A stretch of DNA of 64,000 nt from Eledone cirrhosa. Its lineage: Eukaryota. This document shows, in pieces, positions 41,301 to 53,677 of the stretch. Where the stretch lies: positions 37,386,001 to 37,450,000 of the forward strand of contig OZ024747.1 in assembly GCA_964016885.1 (NCBI GenBank). Reading direction: 5' to 3'. Position 1 is the first letter of the stretch. Every line of letters starts with the position of its first letter. The position numbers and the translations under genes were made by a program. The notes beneath the pieces were generated by a model. That model made no database searches, was not told where the DNA came from, and was given only the letters and a program-made list of their open reading frames with translations.

Positions 41301-44300
41301 GGGAAAGATGTGTAGAGAAAGGACTGGGATGTAGTCATGAAGGCATTGGATCCACAAAAGAAGGGAAAGATGTGTAGAGAAAGGACTGGGATGTAGTCAT
41401 GAAGGCATTGGATCCACAAAAGAAGGGAAAGATGTGTAGAGAAAGGACTGGGATGTAGTCATGAAGGCATTGGATCCACAAAAGAAGGGAAAGATGTGTA
41501 GAGAAAGGACTGGGATGTAGTCATGAAGGCATTGGATCCACAAAAGAAGGGAAAGATGTGTAGAGAAAGGACTGGGATGTAGTCATGAAGGCATTGGATC
41601 CACAAATGAAGGAAAAGATGTGTAGAGAAAGGACTGGGATGTAGTCATGAAGGCATTGGATCCACAAATGAAGGGAAAGATGTGTAGAGAAAGGACTGGG
41701 ATGTAGTCATGAAGGCATTGGATCCACAAAAGAAGGGAAAGATGTGTAGAGAAAGGACTGGGATGTAGTCATGAAGGCATTGGATCCACAAATGAAGGAA
41801 AAGATGTGTAGAGAAAGGACTGGGATGTAGTCATGAAGGCATTGGATCCACAAATGAAGGAAAAGATGTGTAGAGAAAGGACTGGGATGTAGTCATGAAG
41901 GCATTGGATCCACAAAAGAAGGGAAAGATGTGTAGAGAAAGGACTGGGATGTAGTCATGAAGGCATTGGATCCACAAAAGAAGGGAAAGATGTGTAGAGA
42001 AAGGACTGGGATGTAGTCATGAAGGCATTGGATCCACAAATGAAGGAAAAGATGTGTAGAGAAAGGACTGGGATGTAGTCATGAAGGCATTGGATCCACA
42101 AATGAAGGAAAAGATGTGTAGAGAAAGGACTGGGATGTAGTCATGAAGGCATTGGATCCACAAATGAAGGGAAAGATGTGTAGAGAAAGGACTGGGATGT
42201 AGTCATGAAGGCATTGGATCCACAAATGAAGGGAAAGATGTGTAGAGAAAGGACTGGGATGTAGTCATGAAGGCATTGGATCCACAAATGAAGGGAAAGA
42301 TGTGTAGAGAAAGGACTGGGATGTAGTCATGAAGGCATTGGATCCACAAAAGAAGGGAAAGATGTGTAGAGAAAGGACTGGGATGTAGTCATGAAGGCAT
42401 TGGATCCACAAAAGAAGGGAAAGATGTGTAGAGAAAGGACTGGGATGTAGTCATGAAGGCATTGGATCCACAAATGAAGGAAAAGATGTGTAGAGAAAGG
42501 ACTGGGATGTAGTCATGAAGGCATTGGATCCACAAATGAAGGAAAAGATGTGTAGAGAAAGGACTGGGATGTAGTCATGAAGGCATTGGATCCACAAATG
42601 AAGGAAAAGATGTGTAGAGAAAGGACTGGGATGTAGTCATGAAGGCATTGGATCCACAAATGAAGGGAAAGATGTGTAGAGAAAGGACTGGGATGTAGTC
42701 ATGAAGGCATTGGATCCACAAATGAAGGGAAAGATGTGTAGAGAAAGGACTGGGATGTAGTCATGAAGGCATTGGATCCACAAATGAAGGAAAATATGTG
42801 TAGAGAAAGGACTGGGATGTAGTCATGAAGGCATTGGATCCACAAATGAAGGAAAAGATGTGTAGAGAAAGGACTGGGATGTAGTCATGAAGGCATTGGA
42901 TCCACAAATGAAGGAAAATATGTGTAGAGAAAGGACTGGGATGTAGTCATGAAGGCATTGGATCCACAAATGAAGGGAAAGATGTGTAGAGAAAGGACTG
43001 GGATGTAGTCATGAAGGCATTGGATCCACAAATGAAGGAAAAGATGTGTAGAGAAAGGACTGGGATGTAGTCATGAAGGCATTGGATCCACAAAAGAAGG
43101 GAAAGATGTGTAGAGAAAGGACTGGGATGTAGTCATGAAGGCATTGGATCCACAAATGAAGGGAAAGATGTGTAGAGAAAGGACTGGGATGTAGTCATGA
43201 AGGCATTGGATCCACAAAAGAAGGGAAAGATGTGTAGAGAAAGGACTGGGATGTAGTCATGAAGGCATTGGATCCACAAAAGAAGGGAAAGATGTGTAGA
43301 GAAAGGACTGGGATGTAGTCATGAAGGCATTGGATCCACAAAAGAAGGGAAAGATGTGTAGAGAAAGGACTGGGATGTAGTCATGAAGGCATTGGATCCA
43401 CAAAAGAAGGGAAAGATGTGTAGAGAAAGGACTGGGATGTAGTCATGAAGGCATTGGATCCACAAAAGAAGGGAAAGATGTGTAGAGAAAGGACTGGGAT
43501 GTAGTCATGAAGGCATTGGATCCACAAAAGAAGGGAAAGATGTGTAGAGAAAGGACTGGGATGTAGTCATGAAGGCATTGGATCCACAAATGAAGGAAAA
43601 GATGTGTAGAGAAAGGACTGGGATGTAGTCATGAAGGCATTGGATCCACAAAAGAAGGGAAAGATGTGTAGAGAAAGGACTGGGATGTAGTCATGAAGGC
43701 ATTGGATCCACAAATGAAGGAAAAGATGTGTAGAGAAAGGACTGGGATGTAGTCATGAAGGCATTGGATCCACAAATGAAGGGAAAGATGTGTAGAGAAA
43801 GGACTGGGATGTAGTCATGAAGGCATTGGATCCACAAATGAAGGGAAAGATGTGTAGAGAAAGGACTGGGATGTAGTCATGAAGGCATTGGATCCACAAA
43901 AGAAGGAAAAGATGTGTAGAGAAAGGACTGGGATGTAGTCATGAAGGCATTGGATCCACAAAAGAAGGGAAAGATGTGTAGAGAAAGGACTGGGATGTAG
44001 TCATGAAGGCATTGGATCCACAAAAGAAGGGAAAGATGTGTAGAGAAAGGACTGGGATGTAGTCATGAAGGCATTGGATCCACAAATGAAGGAAAAGATG
44101 TGTAGAGAAAGGACTGGGATGTAGTCATGAAGGCATTGGATCCACAAAAGAAGGGAAAGATGTGTAGAGAAAGGACTGGGATGTAGTCATGAAGGCATTG
44201 GATCCACAAAAGAAGGGAAAGATGTGTAGAGAAAGGACTGGGATGTAGTCATGAAGGCATTGGATCCACAAATGAAGGAAAAGATGTGTAGAGAAAGGAC

Positions 44301-45090
44301 TGGGATGTAGTCATGAAGGCATTGGATCCACAAATGAAGGGAAAGATGTGTAGAGAAAGGACTGGGATGTAGTCATGAAGGCATTGGATCCACAAATGAA
44401 GGGAAAGATGTGTAGAGAAAGGACTGGGATGTAGTCATGAAGGCATTGGATCCACAAATGAAGGAAAAGATGTGTAGAGAAAGGACTGGGATGTAGTCAT
44501 GAAGGCATTGGATCCACAAATGAAGGAAAAGATGTGTAGAGAAAGGACTGGGATGTAGTCATGAAGGCATTGGATCCACAAATGAAGGAAAAGATGTGTA
44601 GAGAAAGGACTGGGATGTAGTCATGAAGGCATTGGATCCACAAATGAAGGAAAAGATGTGTAGAGAAAGGACTGGGATGTAGTCATGAAGGCATTGGATC
44701 CACAAATGAAGGAAAAGATGTGTAGAGAAAGGACTGGGATGTAGTCATGAAGGCATTGGATCCACAAATGAAGGAAAAGATGTGTAGAGAAAGGACTGGG
44801 ATGTAGTCATGAAGGCATTGGATCCACAAATGAAGGGAAAGATGTGTAGAGAAAGGACTGGGATGTAGTCATGAAGGCATTGGATCCACAAATGAAGGAA
44901 AAGATGTGTAGAGAAAGGACTGGGATGTAGTCATGAAGGCATTGGATCCACAAATGAAGGAAAAGATGTGTAGAGAAAGGACTGGGATGTAGTCATGAAG
45001 GCATTGGATCCACAAATGAAGGGAAAGATGTGTAGAGAAAGGACTGGGATGTAGTCATGAAGGCATTGGATCCACAAATGAAGGAAAAGA
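35363..45090. repeat. 62-bp tandem satellite, ~157 copies, 9.7 kb
   Basis: Unit GATCCACAAA(T/A)GAAGG(G/A)AAA(G/T)ATGTGTAGAGAAAGGACTGGGATGTAGTCATGAAGGCATTG; first GGATCC at 35396, last at 45068 (156 x 62 exactly). Confidence 0.98.
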
Positions 45091-45660
45091 GGTTTGTCAT
45101 AAGATTCAATGGACAAACAACACACATGTAAAGAAATGTATGTGCAACTGTTAATATTGAATGGTTAACATGACTGAATAGAATCCTGATGAGAGTTTAG
45201 ATTAGGATGATGAAATTCAGATTTCTCCTAGATTTATGATTTGTTGGGAAATAAAACCTAACTTTTAGAGGAATCTTATGATACATTTAGTGTCATATCT
45301 ATCACAAGCATTAAGGACATTGACATTTCATTTTCTATTCATCTGTATATAATTGTTGGTTCATATTTACATTTCAATGATGATATTAAAAGCAAATTTC
45401 AAACAATTTTCTATAAGTCAATCCTGTAGTTGATAAATCTATTGTTGGACTAAGTATATTAAATATTTAAGTTCCTCTAAAGTTTAAAGTTCTTAAACAT
45501 TCTCACATGTTGTCATCATTCATTGTATCAAAGTTTAGTCTGTAGTCCACTTATATGTTTATTTATTCAAATAAACTAATATTCTATCTGTACGTTTGTT
45601 ATATGTAATGAATGTTATATGTCACCCAATTTCTGTCAACAAGCAACAGTTATGTACCAA

Positions 45661-46206
45661 TCTAAACTATAATAAAGGAAGGTCTGCGGCACTGCGTACG
45701 GTTTATTTTTTATTATCCCGTTAGTAAAATAAGTTGGATTACTTTGAATAAATAATGAATGAATATTACATAATTTATCTACTAAATTTAGTAAACAAAA
45801 ATAATTTCGTAAAAATAAATAATTTAAAATTGATTTCTTTTCAAAGTTGCACTTCCGGTATATCGTTGCCACCACCACCACTTCAACTACCATATATATA
45901 GAAAGAGAGAGTGTGTGATGTCAACACTTCTGGTGGCCATCACTTAAATAAACATACTAATTTTCTGTCACTAATTTTCTCCTAATGCAGTTTATATATA
46001 ATATCGTCTTTTTTTAATGTATCATGGATTACGTTACTGATTACATAAGACAGTGTAACAGCGTCTTCGTTCAATTTCTATTTATATTGTCAATTACAAT
46101 TTTATTTGATGTATCATATATACATGTATATATACTTGCGTATAATATCAATATACACACTACACATGCTAGCAGAAAACTACCCAAAGGGTGGTTTTTC
46201 TGCTAG
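45661..46206 (+). mobile_element. Non-autonomous Helitron-like element, copy A
   Basis: A|TCTAAACTATAATAAAG 5' end; 3' hairpin CTAGCAGAAAA...TTTTCTGCTAG ending CTAG|T; no TSD; paralogs B and C are in this window. Confidence 0.75.
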
Positions 46207-46439
46207 TTCTAATAATGGCATAATTAATGAGCAAACATGTTTTACAACATGTTATTTTTTTTTTTACATCAGTCAAACAAAGACAGATCTACATAGTTGC
46301 TTGTCTTTTTATACATAGCAACAAAATGTCTATCAGCTGTATCCCTTCTATCTATGTATTAAGAACAACATTTAACCATTTTTGAAACCAACCACCTCCA
46401 GAATGCATCTAGCGCTATGACACAAAACTCCAAATTTAA

Positions 46440-47194
46440 CCCTTTCATGACTGCATTTCTAATGAAACACACTCTGTTTCAATTAATTAATGAGGAATTT
46501 TGAGGGATTTAATAAAATTATAATTATTTCATTACTAAGATAGTAACTTAATGTAAGCTTCTTATTTAAAATTATGCTGGAAAATTTAAATTTAAATTGG
46601 AGACCTTTAAAATGGGTGGTTTTATTTCATAGAACCAGAACCTCTTTTGGTGGTTTTCTGCTAGCATGTGTAGTGTGCATATTGATATTATATGCAAATA
46701 TATATATATGTATGTAGATATGATACGTCAAATGCAATCGTAATTGACAATATGCACAGAAAGTAATCCATGATACATTTTCAAAAAAAGATATTATATA
46801 TAAACTGCATTACGGCAAAATGTTATGAAAACGAAAAAGAAGAAAATTAGCGACGGAAATATAAACCTTATATAACAATGCAAATATATCAATGTTTATA
46901 TAAGCAATGTGATAAATGTTATGATATAATGGACGCTAACCGGAAGTGTTGACATTTGAACATTTTAAAGTGCAATACATTATCTTATGTATTATCTTAA
47001 AATAAGCAATACATTATATATAAGAATATTTATGTTTAATCAAGTGCTACAAAATTTAGTAGATAAATTACATAATATTCATTCATTATTTATTCAAAGT
47101 AACCCAACTTATTTTACTAACGGGATAAACAACTATAAAATGGATGCTGTCCCGCACTCCTCCCTTTATTATATTATAGATGGTAATGAAAGGG
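46440..47194. mobile_element. Possible piggyBac-like MITE (TTAA TSD, CCCTTTCAT TIR) containing Helitron copy B
   Basis: TTAA|CCCTTTCAT at 46436-46448 and ATGAAAGGG|TTAA at 47186-47198; the same AATGAAAGGGTTAA end recurs at ~6726 and ~48567. Confidence 0.45.
46649..47180 (-). mobile_element. Non-autonomous Helitron-like element, copy B (3' hairpin half lost)
   Basis: Reverse complement of copy A over ~530 bp; 5' TC at 47180. Confidence 0.72.
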
Positions 47195-48261
47195 TTAAAT
47201 GCTTAATTTTAAGGCATAGATTTCTGTTATCTACTTCAGTTAATTCCATACTGCAGAGCTGAGTGAAATTACCAGCCATGATGTAAGATTAATATCATTT
47301 TATTTGAAAAGGGGAATTAGTTAACAAAGGTAATGACAAAAGAAATAAGGTCTATTCACCATAGATTCTTGTGCTTGTTGGTTGTTTCTGAGAAGGTATA
47401 GGTAAAAATTGTTTACTGAAGGCTATTCAAGATTTCACAGCATTAAGCAATTAGAAATTTCAGCTTTTGTGTTTATTTTGAACTAACCATTCTAAGAGCA
47501 TGCTGCCAGCAGTATTAAGCTGTACATGGCCCTAGTTTATCAATTCAAAGAGATATTACTAGATTTTAATTGATAGATAGAAACAAAAAGAAGAAACATA
47601 GAGTGGTTAGTAAACAGAAAAACTAAGACAAAATACATTAATGTTTGATCTCACTGCTTTAAGATTAGTAGTTCAGCTTTAATGATCCTGCCTCTAAACT
47701 ATCTTTAACAATTTGGCTATCATATTTCTAATAAAAAGACACTGCTTATGATTTTCAAATAATTTTGAAAAAATTAAGGATTTGGAAAAATCTACTATCT
47801 TATAATTAACCAGGTGTTTGGAGCAAAATTTAAAGTTTCTTTCATAAAATTATGATGAGAAATCTTTAGACAAATACAAACATTTCACAATAAGCAGATG
47901 TGTATCATAGAAATAAGGACAGTTCATTATCAGAGGTTTTAAGTAGAAATACTTATACTAAAATGAAAGAAGAAATGAAAGATTAAACAGGATAAGATTT
48001 CATTATCTCTCAACCTCATATCTTCCAATAGGATTTACTAATAAAACTTACACCATATATGAACTGATCAGATGACAACATAATTTAATAGAATAACCTT
48101 TTATTAAATTATGTTATCAAACACTATTGTAATATTAGTATTTGTAACATAATAGAAGTTAAGGGCCAAAACACTTGCTTGCGAGGGGTTTCTTCTCTGC
48201 AGAACTTCAGCTGTTCAGCTCTCTTGAGAGTTTCTTACCATTAATAATGAAGTAACAAATA

Positions 48262-48478
48262 GAGGGCGGTGGATTGGCAGTATCGGTAGAGAGTCGGACA
48301 CCATGCTTTGCAGCAAAGAGTTACGGCACTTTATGATCTGATTTCAAATCCATCCGAGGTTAACTTTGCCTTTCATCCTCACGGGGTCGATATAATAAAG
48401 TACCAGTCACGCACTAGGGTCGATTTAATTGACTTTCCCCTCCCCAAAATCACTGGCCTTGTGCCTATATAAGAAACC
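48262..48478 (+). mobile_element. Full-length tRNA-derived SINE with 19-bp TSD
   Basis: A-box-like TGGCAGTATCGG and B-box-like ATTTCAAATCC; TSD AATAATGAAGTAACAAATA at 48243-48261 and 48479-48497. Confidence 0.85.
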
Positions 48479-48857
48479 AATAATGAAGTAACAAATAATT
48501 TTAGCAAATCCCATCAAATTCTTCATTAATTAATTTAAAAACAATGTATTTCATGAATAATGTAGCAATGAAAGGGTTAACATGATGGAACCTGAGATTA
48601 GGACAAGCACACTTTATTAAAAACACTTTCCAAGGGCACACAAGAAATAAAGAAACCACCATCATTATAAGTCTCATGATCTTTTACAACATAGATGTTG
48701 TGATGTTCGTGTGTTTCCTAAAAGAATTGCTAACTTACAAAACAGTCTATTAATTCCAATTGGGAATCAAAACCAAAATGGGAGATATTTTCAGAGACCT
48801 TACTACTATTCTACAGTACCAACCAAAGATGTACACATACACATTTATATACATGTA

Positions 48858-49751
48858 CGAGGTGTGTCAGAAAAATTCCAGGACTGATGTCACAAAAGAT
48901 TTATTTCAAACCCAAACTTCACAGTAAGAGTTTTCTCCTTCAAAGTAATCCCCCTGGAATATGTAACTGTAATATTAGCTCTCTGCAGCAATCAAACTTT
49001 TTTCTTCATAATTTTATATACATGTCCTCTGTTTCAGGTCATCAAGCAATGAGCACAGAGCAACAAACAAACTTGAAAACTCCATCAGAAGCACTGGGAT
49101 TGCTGCAGCAAGTGTATGGAGATGAGTCGATGTCACGCTCATCTGTTTTTGAGTGGTGCAAGAGGTTTAAAGAAGGACGCGAGGACGTGGAAGATGACCC
49201 CAGGAGCGGAAGGCCCTCAACAAACAGGACTGAGGTCAACGTTGAGCGCGTCAGGCAGATGGTTCGTAGCGATCGTTGGCTGATCGTTCGACTGATGGCA
49301 AATGAGCTGGGCATGAATTGGGACAGCATCTGGAAGATTCTCACTGAAGATTTGGACATGTGGAAAGTCTCCGCAAAGATAGTGCCAAAACTGCTGAACG
49401 ATGACCAGAAAGGTCAACGCATGCAAGTGTGCCAGGATATCCTCGAGTGTCTTGAAACCGAACCAGACTTGCTAGGGACAGTCATCACCGGTGATGAGTC
49501 ATGGATCTTCGAGTACGACCCGGATGGGTCCCGTTTTGAAGACGTGGACGACATCAAAAAGGCTGTGACGACGGAACTGCGGAGGATCCTGGAAGAATCC
49601 TTCCAGGAGTGCATGCAAGCGTGGCAGAAAAGGATGGAAAAGTGCATTAGACTCCAGGGGGATTACTTTGAAGGAGAAAACTCTTAGTGTGAAGTTTGGG
49701 TTTGAAATAAATCTTTTGTGACGTCAGTCCTGGAACTTTTCTGACACCTCG
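48858..49751 (+). mobile_element. Internally deleted mariner transposon with TA TSD and ~100-bp TIRs
   Basis: TA|CGAGG...CCTCG|TA; HTH region (VFEWCKRFKEGREDVEDDPRSGRP), IVPKLL, ITGDESW, then a jump to RFEDVDDIK...GDYFEG. Confidence 0.93.
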
Positions 49752-50029
49752 TATATATGCCTGCACATTTATATACATGTATATATGCATACACACAAGC
49801 ATATATATATATGCACATTTGTAAAAATGTATACATGCATACATTTTGTTTTTTAGTTTTGTAACTCCGGAGGGAATTGTATGAGTGTTGTATTGACATA
49901 TGGTGCTTCTAGGACATTTTATAAACCTGGAGACCATTCCCTCTCCAGGTCTGAATACAGCATATTTCTTCTAGAGAAGGATAGAAAGAGTGAGAGAATG
50001 GAAGTGAGAAAGAGATCTAGAGGAAGAAT

Positions 50030-50178
50030 TGGCCCTAGTACTAAACTACTTTTTTTATCAACCTCGAATGGATGAAAAGCAAAGTTGACTTCAGTGGGAT
50101 TTGAACTCAGAGAGCAGAGAACTGAAACAAATGCTGCGAAGCATTCTAACTGACATTTTAACAACTCTGCCAATTTTA
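50030..50178 (-). mobile_element. SINE fragment (48262 family)
   Basis: GGATGAAAAGCAAAGTTGACTTCAGTGGGATTTGAACTCAG is the reverse complement of the SINE body. Confidence 0.7.
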
Positions 50179-51588
50179 TACATACATATCCATTTGCATG
50201 CATGTATATAAGCATGCACGCAAACATACATGCACATCACAGTTTTATGCTAGCTAAGGAAGAGCTTTGTTGAAATAATTGTATTTATAGATATATCTTT
50301 ATCAGTTATCTGAGGTGGAGTAAACCCTGTCATAGATAAGGTGTACCAAGACAGACAGGAGTCATTCACAAGTTTTGTTTTAAAAACCTCATGAACATAC
50401 TGGTCTAAAAGTCTATCACAACAAACTTACGACCATGAAGTTAATTAAAACAGTTTTTCTGCTCCTTTACTGTCCCACCACTGCCATTACTAACATACTA
50501 ACATCGTCACAATTTAACTATGTTTTACAGAATTTGAACTAAAGTTTGAAGTGTTACAAGCAACAGCTTAGAACAGATAACTTATCTCAAACAGGTTTGA
50601 GGTAGATGGATTTACTTTGCCTTGGAATCACAAACTAAGCTACCTGTGGAGAGTTAAGCATTATTGTTAAGATATTCAGCACCAAATAACCCATAACTCC
50701 TATCATCACCATCATTATCATGACATATTTAAACACTTATAGCCCTGGTTATCTTTGACGAAGTGACACCGCATAGCCAAGATAAAAACTAAGTGTTTGT
50801 CATGAAACAAGTTATCTCAAAGGTGATATATCAAATTAATTACAGGGAATGTTCCTCTGAAAAGAAGATTGTATCACCCCACTAGAGTAAGTCTGTATAT
50901 AGGTGATTCAGTTTTCCATTGTTCAGAGGGTGATCAGATAGTATTGAAACTTGGTTTCTAAGGGAAACATGCCTTAGTTACAGACATAATATGTTTTATT
51001 GATGATGTTCTAAAACTGCAAATATTGTAGACATGAATTTATAATGATAGTTTGTAAGAAATTCCTCTATGATATACCCTATGTAAATTAACTTGTTTGA
51101 GCAACCCATTAAATAAAGACACCTTAAATTATCATCATGAAATTGGTGATAAAATTACCCAAGGTGAAGTAGGCAGCACCACCAACTGAGGAAATCAAAC
51201 CATCAAAGAAGAGATTATATGGTTTAACACTTTAGCATTCACATTACTCTATATTTACAATTCTATTTTCACATAAAAGGCTTTACTTTACATAATATTG
51301 AATCTATGAGATTCAAATATGAGTTATATTAAGAACAATCCTTAACATCAGTATGAGCGGTTGGTTACAGCCAGTTTGAACAGAAAGAGGTGAGAGAATG
51401 CTAATGGGTTAAATATGAAAGACTCCCAGAAGTGTAGAAATGTGGAGTTTAGGAGTGACACTAAAACACACACATGAGTAGGTAGGGAGATATGTAAAAT
51501 TTCCTCAAGTTTATCATGCCCAGTAAGATCAGGGCATCAAAAGTGTCTTTGTCGCTCGGGCACTGAGATTTACAAAAATTTACCATAA

Positions 51589-52158
51589 TCTTAACTATAA
51601 TAAAGGAAGGTCCGTGGGATTGCATCCAGAATATATTTTTTTACCCCGTTTGTAAAATAAGTTGGATTACTTTGAATAAATAATTGTTTCTACTTTAGGC
51701 ACAAGGCCAGCAATTACCCAGTACATTACTGGTACTTTATTTTATTGACCCCGTAAGTGAATGAATATTACATAATTTATGTGCTAAATTTTGTGGCTGT
51801 TGATTAAATATATTTTATAGTTTATAAAGATCTTTAAAATTCACTTCTTTAAAATTATCAAATGTCAACACTTCCGGTTAGTGGCCGTTATATTATAACA
51901 CTTATAATCACATATATTTCCGTCGCTAATTTTCTCCTAATGCAGTTTATATATAATGTTGTCTTTTTTTAAAATATATCATGGATTACTGATTACAGAA
52001 GACAGTGTAACATAGGCTTTGTTCAATTTCTGTGTATATTGTCAATTACGATTTTATTTGATGTATCATATTTACATGCACATATATTTGTGTATAATAT
52101 CAATATACACACTACACATGCTAGCAGAAAACCATCCGTAGGTTGGTTTTTCTGCTAG
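51589..52158 (+). mobile_element. Non-autonomous Helitron-like element, copy C, with a SINE 3' fragment inserted at ~51682-51757
   Basis: A|TCTTAACTATAATAAAGGAAGG...hairpin...CTAG|T; homologous to copy A. Confidence 0.75.
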
Positions 52159-52161
52159 TGA

Positions 52162-52290
52162 TAATAATAATTGTTTCTACTTTAGGCACAAGGCCAGCAA
52201 TTACCCAGTGCATTACTGGTACTTTATTTTATCAACCCTGTAAGGATGAAAGGCAAAGTAAACCTCGGCGGGATTTGAACTCAGACCGTG
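52162..52290 (-). mobile_element. SINE 3' fragment
   Basis: Matches the 48262 family in reverse; nearly identical to the insert inside Helitron copy C. Confidence 0.75.
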
Positions 52291-52794
52291 CTAGTAATAA
52301 TAATGTCCAGAACTTAAACTATATTTACTCACAACTTCTACAACCACCAACATCAAGCACTGATGAAACACAAATGTGTTGTTGTTGTTGTTGTTGGTAG
52401 TAGTAGTGGTGGTGGGAAGAGGAATATCTGAACAGAGGAGGATGGGGTGAGAGTAGACAGGATGGAGCAGTGAGATAGCAAGTAATATTGCCATATTTTC
52501 ATTATCAATGTTGTCATAGTTATAATAATGTAATCTCACAAACAGAACTGATCTTTACATTGTTGTTTTGACGACAGCAGGGCAGGTGGGATGGAGTGAG
52601 GGTTGTTTTAATATTGTGAGTTGTTTTTTTAATGATATCATTACATTATGCATATTTGTTGTTGGTACACATACATACACACACACAAATATATATATAT
52701 ATACATTCTTTTATATATATAAACACACACATACATATATATGCACACTTACGGACAAACACACACACACGTGTCTGTGTGTGTGTGTTTTGTA

Positions 52795-52962
52795 TCATCA
52801 TCCTCATCATCATCATTTAACGTCCATATTCCACACTTGCATGGGTTTGGACGGGAGTTTTCCCACTTGAGGCAAGAGTGGTTGCCTTGCTCGCATAGGA
52901 CTGCCTGGCGGGTTTTCTACGGCTGGATGCCCTTCCTAACACCTACCACATTTACAGTGTGG
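52795..52962 (-). mobile_element. RTE 3'-UTR/tail fragment
   Basis: (CAT)n plus the 3'-UTR motif; head-to-head with the following RTE copy. Confidence 0.85.
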
Positions 52963-52976
52963 AGGTATATGTATAT

Positions 52977-53677
52977 ATGCATGCTCCGCTGGATGTGTAA
53001 CAGTAATATACGTGAACGGCAAAGCATAAACGAACTAAGGAAAAAATTAGAGATAAGAGGGATCAGATGTTGTTTACTCGAGAGAAGGCTGCGTTGGTAT
53101 GGACACGTGATGCGCATGAAAGTCGATAGCTGTATTACAAAGTGCAGGGCAATGAAGATAGACGGTAGCCACGGAATAGGCAGACCTAGAAAAACATGGG
53201 ATGAGCTGATAAACTCCGACCTCACACACTTACACCTCTCCAAGACAATGTCACTGGACCGAGACCTTTGGCGGTACTCAGTAACAGAGAAGACCCGCCT
53301 TGCCAGTAGGCATCTCTAACAAAATACACCCCGTCCCGCCACCACCCCCACCCCATCCACACCACCCCGTTCTATGTAAAGTTATGTTGGTGCCGCGCCA
53401 TCCAGGCCGAAACAAATGAGATCGTGTAGGTGTCACGACAAAAAAAACACACAGTCCACCCTGTAATGTGGCCGTGTAGGCAACACGGTAAAAACCTCCC
53501 AGACCCACACTGTAAATGTAGTTGGTGTTAGGAAGGGCATCCAACTGTAGAAAACCTGCCAGACAGTCCTATGCGAGCAAGACAATCACTCTTGCCTCAA
53601 GTGGGACTACCCCCGTACAAACCCATGCAAGCGTGGAACACGGACGTTAAACGTTGATGATGATGATGATGATGATA
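52977..53677 (+). mobile_element. RTE LINE 3' end with (GAT)n tail
   Basis: CMLRWMCNSNIRERQS...RRLRWYGHVMRM...EKTRL; near-identical to 1-651. Confidence 0.92.

Noticed and set aside
35363-45090. 62-bp array as a CRISPR array, coding repeat or tandem ribozyme
   Set aside because: No unique spacers and no cas genes; eukaryotic context; unit length is not a multiple of 3 and stop codons recur on both strands; no CUGAnGA core on either strand.
45180-45230. CTGATGA...GAAA hammerhead-like motif next to the satellite
   Set aside because: No credible stem II and no room for stem III.
48262-48350. tRNA gene (also at 62543-62610)
   Set aside because: Only degenerate A/B boxes followed by SINE body and tail (plus a TSD at 48262); no full cloverleaf.
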